DNA of 64,000 bases from Yuukianura sp. NJ FZ-2021 (taxonomy: Eukaryota). Position numbers and translations under genes: made by a program. Of the stretch, positions 21,166 through 33,957 are shown one piece after another. The stretch lies in NCBI GenBank assembly GCA_046563655.1, contig CM102285.1, positions 8,122,001-8,186,000 of the forward strand. The letters run 5' to 3'. Under the pieces are notes generated by a model that saw only the letters and a program-made list of their open reading frames with translations, had not been told where the DNA came from and ran no database searches. How positions within the stretch are numbered: the stretch's first letter is position 1; every line of letters starts with the position of its first letter.

Positions 21166-24100
21166 GTGCGCGCAATACCATTTGGAATAATCGTGAACAT
21201 GTTAAAAAACTCACCCAACGCTCAAATTCACACAAGATCTACAGTTGAGTTAGGTGTCACCTAAGCTAACCTAACATTCAAATGAATCAAGGACCCACAT
21301 CTTTTGCTTCTGCCAACAAAACATCAGGACTTGGACGCAGCAACATTACCTAACGTTCTCTTACTACTAGCACATGATGACTCCTATATATCCAGAACTA
21401 ACCAACACAAAAACCAACTGAATGTAAAAAATGTAAAAAACCAATCGTCCAATGTCTTAAGAAGCCGATTAAATGTAGCAGCCCTGAATGTGTGCGGTTT
21501 CAACTCAAACGCTGATTCAATAAAATACTCCTTGACATGTACAAATTTGACGTTACACGCACCAACCCTCCACGACCTATCAACGGCTTCAATTTCTGCA
21601 TAAAGTTTGTGATTGGCTAGGAAAAGGAAGAGTGGGAATACTTATTCGTTCATCACTGAAGATTAGCAAAAAAACATTATTATACTTGGGTTAACAAAAA
21701 CGTTGAAGTGATTACGGCAAACATTCACTGATATTATGAACGATGTATCGAAACTATTACGTCACTGTTTAATGAACTAAATACAACCAGCAAATCTTCG
21801 TCCGTGCTTGGTGATTTCAACATCAATTCCATTTACATCTCTCGGAGATGTAATCATGCACTGAAGCAACTAAGTTCAGTTTTTAACAATTAGTGAACGT
21901 GTCCCGTGGTGACTGCATACTGGACTTAATATTCTGCAACAACCCCTGATCTCAATTTTTTCGATCCAGCTGTTTCTGATCACTGCGTCACTTCTATATT
22001 GGCGAATCTGTCTAAACCCAAAATAATGAAAATAAACTCCAATAACAAGACTACAAAGCCTTTGACTTTGAAGAATTTGGACGAAAGTACATTTATATAT
22101 CATTAGCATTTATATATCACATTTATATATCATTTAGCAAAAATTTTGCAAAAAGATGTCGATAATCTCTTTACTGAATTCATGTCAAAAATCAACACCA
22201 ATCTATAATCAAAACGCGTACAGTGTCAACCTCACCACAGCCACTGCCACTCTCGCTCTCCGATAACACGAAAATACTGATTTCAGAAAAGAGATAGGTA
22301 CTTCAAAATAACCCGTTCTCCCAATCTCATCTCCGTCAACTCAAACAAATTAACAAATCACTCAAATCTGCCTTCATACATGACAGAAAGTAATCACTCA
22401 ACACTGAAATAAAGAAAATTGGCCCGTTCAAAGCAATCTCCAGGATTCGTCTAAATTCAAAAAATCTTAATCAAAAACTTCTCTTTGCTGCTGAAAAAAT
22501 TAACCAATACCACACTGCAATTACTCCACACTCAAGTTCAACCTTCTAAACCACTTCTCATCAACAGACCCTGTGAACAGTTCACATTTTCTAACATTAA
22601 TACTGTAGTATTTAATCAAACTTGGAAGAACCTTAAGAACAAAAATGATAAGCGCAAAGATCAATTCGGAACTTCCAATTTGATTTTGCCACACTGCTTG
22701 GGATCTCAAAATATTAAAAACCAGGTTATCCACCTGATGAATGCTTCACCGAGAACTTTTCCTACGTCACCTAAACACTCAACAGTGATACCGTTAGCTA
22801 AAGTGTCCAAACCCTTACAGCCAAGTGAAACATGTCGTCCGATCTCTTTACAGCCTGTGATTGCAAAATTATGTGAAAGGTCTGTCCTGAGGACACAAAA
22901 AACCTTTTTCAATCTCCTGTAGGCGAATTCAATAGAGAATATGGTTTGGCTTGAGCTTGTCTTCAAACCGGATCGCAAACTGAAACCTATGCAATCCAAA
23001 AAATTTTTACTCAAGCCAACCCGAAACCAAACAGAAAGCGAGAGGAAACCGAGCCAAACAGGAGAAAACTCGAGGTCTATTGAATCGGCTTATTCAATAG
23101 ACTTTTGGAGTAAGCTAAAAGTTAGCCAAAACTAAGCTTTTTGCAATCCATGTCCAGACCAGGCTTGGAACTGGTTTACCCATTGCTTCGCCATTACTAA
23201 TTAGTAATTATTACTCCTTGTGACTACTGTCAGCCCCATAATAAGTGGTCAGCGCAGTAGTCCAATAGAAGATTAAGGTTTTAAAGTAAAAAACCATACG
23301 CCAACAACACTAATTGTGCAGTGGTTGTGATATTAAAGTAACGACGTCGGGCCCCAGTTCGGAATAGAGAAACTTCCTAGTATCATGCAGTGGAGGGAAT
23401 AACTATACAATTAAAATGAGATCTGCATTCACCTAATCATCACATTTAAACATTACGCTTAGATTCCTGCTAACAGAAGTGTATATCTTACGTAAGTTTC
23501 CTCCCGTTATGTCAAATGATTGGGACTCACCGGAGGCGCTGACCATTTTCATGGCTCTGACCATCCGGCTGATCCCACGAGTAAACATTTAACGTACTTG
23601 CGCCTAGCCTGGTACCCAATGTAATGAAACTTAGTAACATTCGTTATAATAAAAACAAATTCATAAAAGGCGGGTACAATTCATCGAATCCATCATATGA
23701 AGCAAGGAATAGGTCAGCGCCTTAGTGGTCAATGCCTATTCCTCGTCTGAAAAGTTGAAAGTAGTGAGATGGGAACAAATTTACTTGATATGGAATGCAA
23801 AAAAGTTATAAAGTTTAATTTTGTAAAAGTCAGCTGATTAGGTAAACACAATTTCAATTTGAAATTGCAATTCAAAATTTCTCCCGCCCCATCTCGGTTT
23901 TGCTAGGACGTCTGAGTTTGAGACAATCGGCTAAGTTTCAGCTTGCAAACCCAAACCGAGAGAAGCTGAAACCAAGATTCCAATTGAATTCCAGCTTCAA
24001 CTTCAGTTTAGGATTGGGTTGGTTTGAGTTTTTCGAGGTTTGCGTTTGGTTTCGGTTTTTTTCCTTTCTCTATTGAATCCCTCTCCTGAGTGATGCCCAA

Positions 24101-24300
24101 TTTGGGTTACGCAACACTCACTCTACAACGATGGGACAAATCGCTTTGCGGAACTTATCTATACTCATTTAAATTGCAGAGAAGTTTGCCGTGTGATCTC
24201 ATTGGCTTAAAAAAAACATTTTGATACTGTATACAAAGGCATGCTTTGTGAAAAACTACAAGTGGTACAACGTTAGATCTCCATGGTTTGAACAATCTCA
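21166..24300 (+). pseudogene. Heavily decayed LINE ORF2 (endonuclease and RT), continuation of the element at 10906
   Basis: LNVAALNVCGF (endonuclease start), LGDFNIN near 21808, VSDH near 21971, STVIPLAK...CRPISLQPVIAKLCE, and LLSDAQFGLRNTHST resuming after the MITE. Confidence 0.8.
22920..24082. mobile_element. Non-autonomous TIR DNA transposon inserted in the LINE RT
   Basis: Ends AGGCGAATTCAATAGAGAA and TTCTCTATTGAATCCCT; CTCCTG duplicated at 22914-22919 and 24083-24088; RT reading resumes across it. Confidence 0.75.
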
Positions 24301-27300
24301 TTGAATAAATCTCACACTTTGTATTAAACAATAGATCACAAGGCGTGAAAATGAATGTAAAACCTCGTCATTACGTTCTAATACGTTCTTGAGCCGGCGT
24401 AAAAACTTGAACCAAAACAGGACCATGCGTTTCGCACCTGTCAGTCCAAGTGTACTGATTGGTGTGCAAAAAAAAGACATAAAATTAAATTTTATGTCCT
24501 CTTCTTCCAGTTGAGACATAAATTTGGTTAAGTGTTAATGTGACAAGAAGTAAGAAAAAGCGTACGATGCCATTGTTTAGAATGCGTAATTTTTTAAGCT
24601 TATTGGAGAAATCAAAAGTGATTCTATGTTTCTCCCGTGTTTCTCAAAATCGCGAACATGTCCCACAAAAGTTGAAAAACGCAGTTTCAATTTGTGCTGC
24701 TACTAAAATCCAGAATTTGAAATGTTTGAAAACGAAGCGGAACAGATGTGGTGCCTTAACAAATGGACACTTTTGAATTACCCTTTTCCCCTTTCTGAAC
24801 AAGGGACTTAGCAGTTAAGTTTTGAAGAGCAGCGAAAGTACGCGAAATGTCCGCCATTTGCCCGATTTTTTTAGAGCAGTTAAAGTGGGAAAATTAAAAA
24901 ATCTGGCAATCGTGTGTGGACATATTTTCCAGAAGTAAGTACCCAAATGTTCTGGCATTAGCGTCAGAAATATTTTTGCTTAGAAGAGAGTAACAGTTCA
25001 CCCATAGTGGGAAAGTAAAGGGTAAGGGGGAAGATAGCGTTAAGCCCACTCTCAATCTCAAGGTATGTTAACGCTCTTCCCAAAATTCAACACTCTCTCT
25101 CTCTCTCTCAAGTCAACACTTTTCCTATAGCATTTAAGTGTAGTATTAAGTAGTGGGAAATGAGCAGTCATGCGAATTACTTGCTCCGCCTTTACTTCCA
25201 CGTCAGCTCCACGTCTTCAACAGTAGTACATAGCATAACAATACACATAAGTTTACAATTCATTCACTACTAGAATCTTCTCTGAATTCAATCTTTTTGA
25301 GTATCTCAACTTTCAATTAATTGTTTCTTTTCATTAATAAGTATAATTAAAAGTAATTGGTTTATTTGGCATTACTTGATTGGTCTCATCATCTTTCACA
25401 TCATTCAAATCCATTCTCACTTGAATTCTGCACATCTTATGGCCACGATCAACTACACCAAATTTTTCCAAATCTTCATAAAGTTAAACCTTTTATTAGA
25501 AATAATTTTTTGGGCTTAGTAAGTTGGTGAAGGGTTGATTTTTTTTGTAGAAAGTGTGTCTTAAGTGTTTGCATAAATCACGTAAGCAATGAAATTGAGA
25601 AACGTAAGAGGGAACCTAGACAAAACGGCTCACGCTACGTCAAACGACTTAACGTTTGACCTAAAGTAAACCTAAAGTATTAGTAAGTTTTTAATTTAGT
25701 TCTGATTCAGGGAATTTTGTTTTTAAATTCATACTTGCTTTTGGTTATTTTATTTTTTTGATATTACTCGTGCAAGGGTGACCATACACAGTTCAAGCCA
25801 AAATGCAGAAACAAGGATGTTTTTTTTTTTCGGTAGGGAATTCGAAGTTACATTTGGAGGAAGAAGATGATGAAACATAGGTTTGTAAGAAAGTTACTTA
25901 CCAGATAATTGCTGACTTTTTTTGTTTTATTTGTTTGTTTTTGTTTGGTTTAGTACCAACTCCGGAAATTTTGTTAAACCTGCCAATGTGTGTTCTGCCA
26001 AATCTGGTAAAAGTGAAAGTTGTGATACACAAAACCACACAGACACGTTTGGAAGAACCTACCCATAGATTAAAGTAGGAGGAACGATTTGCAGAAAATT
26101 TATGACAAATTCCATATTACTTTTATTTTATTTGTTAGAAAAATGCAGACGGACATGGAGCAAGAAATTGAGCAACTCTAAATTCATTTAACGTTAGCTC
26201 AACAACGTGCCAGTGACGTTGAAGGAACACTTGCATCTGCTCTTCGCGAGTTGGAAAATGAGCAAAAAAAGTGGAAAGTTTGTTGGTCTATGCAATCGCC
26301 TCCCGTTGACCCACCCCGTGCCGTCACCCGTGAGCCCGATGGACAAGTTCCTAGACCATCAAATGGTATTAGGAGACCCTTCAGATGAGTGACGGTTGGT
26401 CTGGCACATGTATTCCTACGAATACAAAAGATGCGGAGGATGACACAATTTATATAAACCGTAGAAGTTTTGGTAACTACCGTTTGTGCCAAATTCAGTT
26501 GGACGATGGCGGTTACAGAAAGGTGGGTCAAACCGACACCACAAACTCAAGCGGCCATAAATGATATGTTTCTTCGTCATGGTGTCAAAATTCTTGGAGA
26601 TTTCTTGGTTGATTCTTAAAGAAACAGAAAAAAATTCAACGAAAAAAATTTATGATGCAAAAGAAGAGAAATAACACAATTCAGATGGAACATTCGGTAT
26701 TAACGAGTAACGTTTATGCTGTTGTCAAAATACCATGTCACCGAAGGTATGAAAACGTTTGAGATTGACGTTTTGCTGAATTAATAGCTTAATTGATTAC
26801 TGCTATCTCACATGAGTTACCGCACAAAAGTTAAAATGTAGACTTTGAGCAAAAATCTACTCCTCCTTTGTGTTGTGGTGATTAGGCGTGTATTCAATTC
26901 GCCGCGAGGGCAGCAATTTTTTTTTGTGTTACGTTTTACAAATTTTGGTAAATTTTTAAATTTCAGAGGGAGAGTCGTAAATTTGGTTGAGTGTGACAGA
27001 TTTTTCCAGGTGTTCTGTTGTCACGTCTGAGTCGTAAAAAAAGCTTTGTATTTGACCGCACGTCTCACCTTTTGTGGTTTTTGTGTTGTTTATTACGAGG
27101 ATGCTTATGATGTTGTTATAGATGAAAGAGCGGCTAAACCACCCTTTTGTGGTTTTCAATCTTCCCTCCAAAAAACTTGTTTACTCTTCAGTTCGGTTGT
27201 TGCTCTAAACAATTGAGGGACACATATATCGCGTAGGACGCAGCGCAAAGCTTCTAGCCAGAACTGACGTTCAACTTTATCTCTTTTTTTGGCGCGACAA

Positions 27301-27418
27301 TGGAAGAAGTGGCGACTCTTCACTGTTTACCACCACAGGTGGGTAAAGTTTGGAAAAATTGTTTGTTTTTGTAAAACCTTACGAGTTATGTTGCTGTTGT
27401 TCATAAAAAGTTGGAATT

Positions 27419-27882
27419 TTTTTTTTTTTTTTTTTTGGAGAGTTAATTGACATTAGCATTTAGCTTTATCAACAGGGGTAGGGAATTTCTGGGTTGGGTT
27501 GAGGTCCTATGAGGTGGGGCGGTGGTACAGTCAGATAGTTGGCGAGAAGTTCTGAGGGAAGGACGAAAGGCTTTCTGCTAGAGCTGAACGGGCTAGGGCC
27601 CTACCACATATCACAGCTCCAGGCAAGTGACAGGAACAGCATCGTACGCATACCGGCCCACGACCCCCCTCCACAACAGCAACTACTGACCTCTTCACAC
27701 GCACCCATAACCCCCAAAACTGACCTATCATCCGAACACCCCATCTGGGCTAGGAAAGTGGAAAAACCATTTCTGGAAAACGACTTTCGTGTCGGCGACG
27801 CCGGGACTCGAACCCGCGCCCGTCCAAGGTGTTAGTAGGATAGAGCCGGAGCTCTAGTCCCCCCGCCTACGGGCCTTGGACT
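27419..27882 (-). mobile_element. tRNA-derived SINE with poly(A) tail
   Basis: Pol III B box GGTTCGAGTCC (minus, about 27803-27813) with an A-box-like head; ~20 nt T run at 27417-27436; TSD AAAAGTTGGAATT at 27406-27418 and 27883-27895. Confidence 0.88.
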
Positions 27883-28529
27883 AAAAGTTGGAATTATGAT
27901 TTTAGGTGTTGGGTTTTTTGGATAACGGAGGTTGGCCAGCCGCTGGAAGTACTAGTAAGAGGCTGAAGGAAATTGGAAAATACGATATGCAACTTTGTGA
28001 AGTGGACGAAGCTGATGGTTACAATGAACCAACTACAACTCATAAAAGCAGATGTGACTTTACAGTTCTGGAAACGATTCAGATTTGTTCCTGTCCTCCA
28101 CTTGCCCCGTTGGGACAAGGTGCAACGGCTAACTTTTGAACCTAAATAATGTTAAATTCATTCCTGAGTTACTGATCAAGTGTACACAACTGACGCGTTT
28201 AAAATTTAAGGGCATGCCATCCGTTGGAGAAAACATTTTTGACGAAGAGAAGTTTTCGTCAAATTAAAAAATTGTTCCCTCAACTTAACCACTTGAGCAG
28301 TTTCTACATCTGCAATTTGGAAAATGGTACCAGTCGCTCCTTACTATCAACCGTGACACTTTCCCCCATTAAAACTGGGACGTTTGCGTGACTTTGCGTT
28401 TATGGTCCGATTTGAAAATATTAAATATTTAAAGCTGGGGACAATAATTGGGTGCGCACCTCTGGCGCAAGCTTTTTTGAAATTCCGGACACGGTTAGGG
28501 AGAATTGTTGTACGTAATTTGTTGCACGA

Positions 28530-29065
28530 ACCTAAATAGCAGAGTAGTAGGTGGGTTGGGCTTGAAAGCAATGCGAGACTTATCTGAAGGAGATTCTTGT
28601 TTTTGTATGCTGGACAAGTTATTGATCTACAAAACAAACTGACCCTAACTAATGGTCTAACAAATTCCTTGTCGTGGTCTTATGAATTGTATACTGCTTT
28701 TCTAGCTTTTTAAAAGGTGTCTTAATGTTAAAAATTTTTGCTTTTGGATTCTTTGTGTAGCTCAGAGTTATGCTATGTCGCTCCGCAACTCGGTCAGTCG
28801 TGATGATCAACGTTTGTTTGTTGATGCTGCTACGTATGGAAATATCGCACGATTCACCAATCACAGTTGTAACCCGGAGGAGCAAAATGGCATTTTCTTG
28901 GAAGGCACTAAGCTTGGAAAGGCAGTCGTGAAAGTGGAAGCTAAGAAAGAGGAAAACTTTTAGCTCCTTATGCTTCAGAGGATGAGCAAATGGAATTTCG
29001 GTACAACTAAATTGAACAATGTCGCTGTGAAGGGATGTTTCGACGTATCATCGGTTCTACGCGTC
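28530..29065 (+). pseudogene. Decayed SET-domain lysine methyltransferase
   Basis: GLGLKAMRDLSEG...YAGQVID, probable short intron at about 28690-28760, FVDAATYGNIARFTNHSCNP, post-SET-like QCRC; frameshifts and stops. Confidence 0.8.
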
Positions 29066-29449
29066 ATCCAAACTTTCAGGATGAGGCGCGTGACACAACT
29101 GGAAAAATATCTTCCGGAAACGAACCTGCTAAAGGTTCGGATGGTCGATGGATAAAGCGTCCACCCGCCGCATTATAAGTAAAAAACCGTCGTATATGAT
29201 AAAAAAGTATTAAAACGAAACAGCGAATCGCATCCAATGTTAAGTAATAATGTCAGGAATAGGATTTCCAACTTTTTAACATTCTCCCGACCTAACTCTC
29301 AGCACCGTTGAGGATATTTTCGCTGCATTTCCTTCAGTTGAACATTTTTTTCTAAATCAATCAGCGGCGTACAGAGTCTAGAAGGTTCGAGCGAATTTGA
29401 ATCCCAAGTTCTATTGAAACTTCTTTGGAGAATATAGTTCGCCAGAAGT

Positions 29450-30770
29450 TGAATACTGTCGCTACTCTTACCGCAAACGTTTTCCAAGTGATTCGAAACA
29501 AATATTGGAAAGGATTTCATTTGGATTTGGCATCTTTTTTGGAGCATTTCTTCGTTTTCACGGAAAGCCGCCTTCCTAATGGAGAAATGTGAAATTCAAG
29601 CCGTCACGGATGACAAAATTTCAAAACTCATTACGAGAGGATTCTATGGCCTTGTGATTCAAGTAGAACAGTTGAAGTCTATTGCCAACAATGAACAGCT
29701 CTCCAACTATGACCATAACTTTCGGCAAAAAATAATTTTTTATGCTGACATTAACTCGGGCTACAGTAAGTGCTGCTTGGGTAATGTACCGTGCGGAGGC
29801 TACAAAAAAATGAGCGCGGCGGAAATCGTAAAGTTTGATCTCAACAAACCGAATTTTGACGACGGATGGGGTTACTTGTTTGAAGTCGACCTTGAATATC
29901 AAAGTGAGACAGTGAAAGACTTTCTCTCGGATTTTCCCTTTCCACAACAGAGACTCAAGGTTTCTGCTCAAGGTCTTTCTCCGTTCCAACGGGAAAGTTT
30001 GAGGGAACAAACGAAAATTGAACGAACGCGTGTTACTCACCCTTTACAAAAAAACAACGACAAGTCTACTATGGGAAATACCTCAAGTTCGGGATTGACC
30101 ATAGCGCAAAGGCCATCAAGTACTATTCAGTAATTAGATTTCGTGAAACGCCAGTTTTCGCAAATTTTGCAGCTAGTAATGTCATTGCAAGAAATCAAGC
30201 AAAGTTTCCCCTTAAAAAGAACTTCGGAAACAAAAACAACTCTCTCAATAGACAAATGCTAAAAAACAATGCAGATTACGTGAGATAAAAGGGCTTCCGG
30301 TCCTCAATAGAAGGGAAAGCGGAACTTGCCAAGGCAACTTTCAAGTCGCTCCAGATTTTGGACGGCGCTTTTTGACTTTTCAAAGGTAGGAATCACCGAT
30401 TACAATCTGTGCATGATTCGACTTGCAATACTTTCCAGCGCGAAAATTATGCTCTACTCATACTACTATAACGGATTGAAACGTGAGTTTGGACACAGGT
30501 GCCAGCATGAGATGACTCATACTGAAAGCATAGTTGCTGAAATCCACTGCAGCAGAGCCGCATTCGTAGCTGGACTGAAACCACTTTCGAATCGATTCGA
30601 CTTTTCCAACGTAAATTCATCATCCGTACTCTCTGATGCTTCTCGGGTAGGATTCCCGCGCCTCTTGATAATTCAAGGTGAAGGAATCAAAGAATTTTAC
30701 TCTACTTCTTGTTCCCAATATTTCATGGAAATTGACTCTGCGTTTGGTGAATCCAACTTACTAAACTAAC
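29450..30770 (+). pseudogene. Decayed protein-primed DNA polymerase B (Polinton/Maverick type)
   Basis: IFYADINSGY...VPCGGY...GYLFEVDLEY...SDFP and AILSSAKIMLYSYYYNGLK.EFG...MTHTESI...FDFSN match the pPolB motif order (YxDxNxLY, EVDLEYP, YTDTDS) but are degenerate. Confidence 0.82.
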
Positions 30771-33700
30771 GTATTTCGTTGAGACAAAACACCAATGGCA
30801 TATACAGAAGGAATCATCATATTGCTTGTCACCATCAGCAAACTAACTACTTCGGAATTGAATTCAATCAGTGATGAACAGCTAGTTTGGATCCTTAACA
30901 ACATGGAGGAAGCACAGCTTATCAAAAAAGCTATTGACGGTCTTAACAAAGCAAAGTCCGAACGTCTATCGGTAACTGATTACCCAATTAACAATAGGAA
31001 CCAGCTCATTCATTTGACTTTAGGCATATTACATAAGCAAAAGTATGAACGTGCCCAACGTAACCCATTTTCCCCTAGACTGTTAAAAAACTAACTTATA
31101 ATTTCCGTAATGAGTACAGGACACAAAACCCAACCCGCTTTACCTTCCAATCTCCCCTATGGGAAATCGGTCAATTACATCAGCTTTTGATCAGAATTTG
31201 GTGCCCGTAGACACCAGCGCTAATGACCAAAGGTCAACACCGTCTCTCGCGTCAGTCCCATGAGTGTTATAACAATTAAGCGCTTACAGCCATCAGGGAA
31301 CTATTAATAATACAAGCAACATTCCTCGCCAAAATCGCTATCTCGCACCAAGATTTAAACTCGCCGCCGGCACTTAAGTAGAAACTTCGAGCTAAAATTG
31401 GAATCTTCCCCACTTGAGACGTGGAGACGTGGGAATTAAGAAACTTGAATGTGACCTACAGTGGAACTTTTGCTTGGCCACAGCGAGTCCATCAATCTAA
31501 CCCCATCAAAACTTCATCTTTAATACCACCCCTCTTTAAGAGAGTATTTGCAGACAGTCAAGAAAAAATGCAGTTTCCCGCAAATACGAATGGCACATAC
31601 TACATGAAAATTTAATTTTAAATAAAATGTCCATGTAAAAAGGGCTTGTCCTTGACTACAAAATTCGGCACTACTCCAAATGCGATTGAAACTCTGATGA
31701 GTGGATTCTGACAAGAGTCCAACATGAGTGCCGTTTCATGCGTCAAGTCGCTGCAAAGAAAAGGGAGTTCTCAAACTCCCAAGCCATCATTTCAGGAGAA
31801 AAACGTGTCAGTAGTGTCGCTCGTCAAATGATGTGGGGATGTAATGAAGTTCATCTGTTTCCTCCAAATTACACCTAAACTCCAAGAACTTACATTTTCT
31901 TTTCGAGGAAACGTGCACTATTGACTTCGTCGCCTTTTGCATTCTGTAAAGCATAGGCTATATCCAAACAAAACTGGTCTATTTCTATTGTTGTTTTAGT
32001 TCAGAGATAGATTTCTATGTAAAACTGGTACTTTTATACTCCTGGTATTGGTTGTTTCGTTGGTTGGTTGCTCCAACCGTATAAATACGTCCCGTCGCCA
32101 GTAGGAAGTCGTCATCCCTTCTTGTGTAATTAATTTTTTGTGACCCTTTCACAATGTCTAGAAAATTAAGAAATTATATTTCCATTGTCAAGTGCCATAA
32201 CGCTTTGGTAGTAAAACCAAATTATTCCTTTACTTTAGAGTAAGTTCTAGCTTTCCATGGTACTGTTATTCTATTCTTTTGCTTTTGCTCGAACACGGCA
32301 GTTTTCAATCTTGGAACCAAAAATGCTTGGCTGTAAGACATTGGTTCGAAAACGAAAGGTTCCAAAAGTGCTTTAAAGCATCAGCACGTGTCATCACAGA
32401 ATTGACTGACACTGTAAAATAACATGCCGGCAGATTTGGAAGGTGTACCTAACAAGAATAAGGTTAGGTTAAGTTTAGGGCAACCAAGAAAAATGATGGA
32501 CCCAAAATTATAGTGCCGTGATTCCAGCCCTAGTCTCATAGAATATTTACTACTGAACCCCTTGGGGTAACCGGTGTTCAAATATGTTAACCAGGGACCC
32601 CAAGGTCCTCCGGAGACCCACTGGCCCAAGGCCAGGGGGAGACCCTCTTCGGATTCAGGCAGGGCACCCACCATGAATGCATATAAAGACCCCCAAAACC
32701 AGGACGAATCAACGCTTGGCGTCCCCGTAAGTGAGTTTCTAACTCTGAAACTCGAAATTTTCTTGCGCCTACGGCGCAAATGGCTTCATTTTCATGATTT
32801 TCAAATGCGAACCGCTAATTTGGATCCGCTGTCAGAGTTTTGCGAATGCAAAAATAATTGTCTGGTCGTTCAAAACAACATTTTTCGCAAGTTCCAGGGT
32901 CTCCGATTCGAATTTTTCGTGCCGAAATCGAAAATTTGCTTTCGCCTTACGGCGCGATTGTTCGCTGGTTTTACTCATTCTGCGGTTCCCAATCCATTTC
33001 TTCTTTCCCAAATTCAAAAAATTAGGTTAGGTTTGCACCCTGCGGCGTGATTTTTTTTGCTAATTTTATGCAACTGGCGCTTCCCCATACGGTTTTTGCG
33101 TACATAAATCGAAAAAGCAAATTTTTTCGATTTCTTAAATCGAAAAAAACCGTCTCCTGAGACCCCTCTGGAAAACTCGAGGTTTACATGAATTCCGGTG
33201 TTCACTAGTGAAAACAGTCCCGGAAGTGTGGAGTCTTTTCTGCGATATACGGCCAACGGCTGATAGATGATCACGTCAAACAATAGCGTAACTTCCGCTA
33301 CTTAATAAACTGCTAGTGGTTTACTAGATTGTTAGGATAAGGGTCTGCCCTTCTTTTTTCCAGAAGTCAAGGCAAAGAAGAATGTTCAAAATTGGTCCAC
33401 GCATTCTTAATTTTTTACACAACAGTTCAATTCGTTTCATTAAAACCAAAAAAAAAAAGTCTGGCGATATTGCTAACACTTGGTGGTTACGGGGGATGCG
33501 TTCCATCCTTAAAGCGGAAAGTCCTTACCACAAAAAAAAATCAGCCCCACTGCCCTAGTCTCATAGGACTGACGAGGGGATTATCCGGATGCTCTGAAAA
33601 CCCATCTGCTATGACTGCGTATTCTAGTCTTATAGTCAGTCAGAATAGGTTAGGTGCTGGTCAGAGCTGGTCAGAGAATTCGTTCTCTTACGATTTAACA

Positions 33701-33957
33701 CAAGTTACATTTTTAAGCTTTAAGACAACTTTAAATTAATGTGAAGTAGCGAGACGTTGCAAATGCCGACGTCTCTTAAAAAAGTCTGAGATCAGTGGGA
33801 TGATAGCAGAAAAAAAATGTTTGGTCTACTAATTGTGATGGCCAGCCATGTATTAGTGGCTGGCTTCATCATCCTTAAAGACATTACAGTCGGTTTTCTT
33901 TCGAGATGAACTTTTCCGTTGAGCTGTATCAGTAAACCGTTCACCGAGTTTTCACTT

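Noticed and set aside
27770..27882. tRNA gene
   Set aside because: It has a B box but no convincing cloverleaf; the poly(A) tail and 13 bp TSD identify it as a SINE head.
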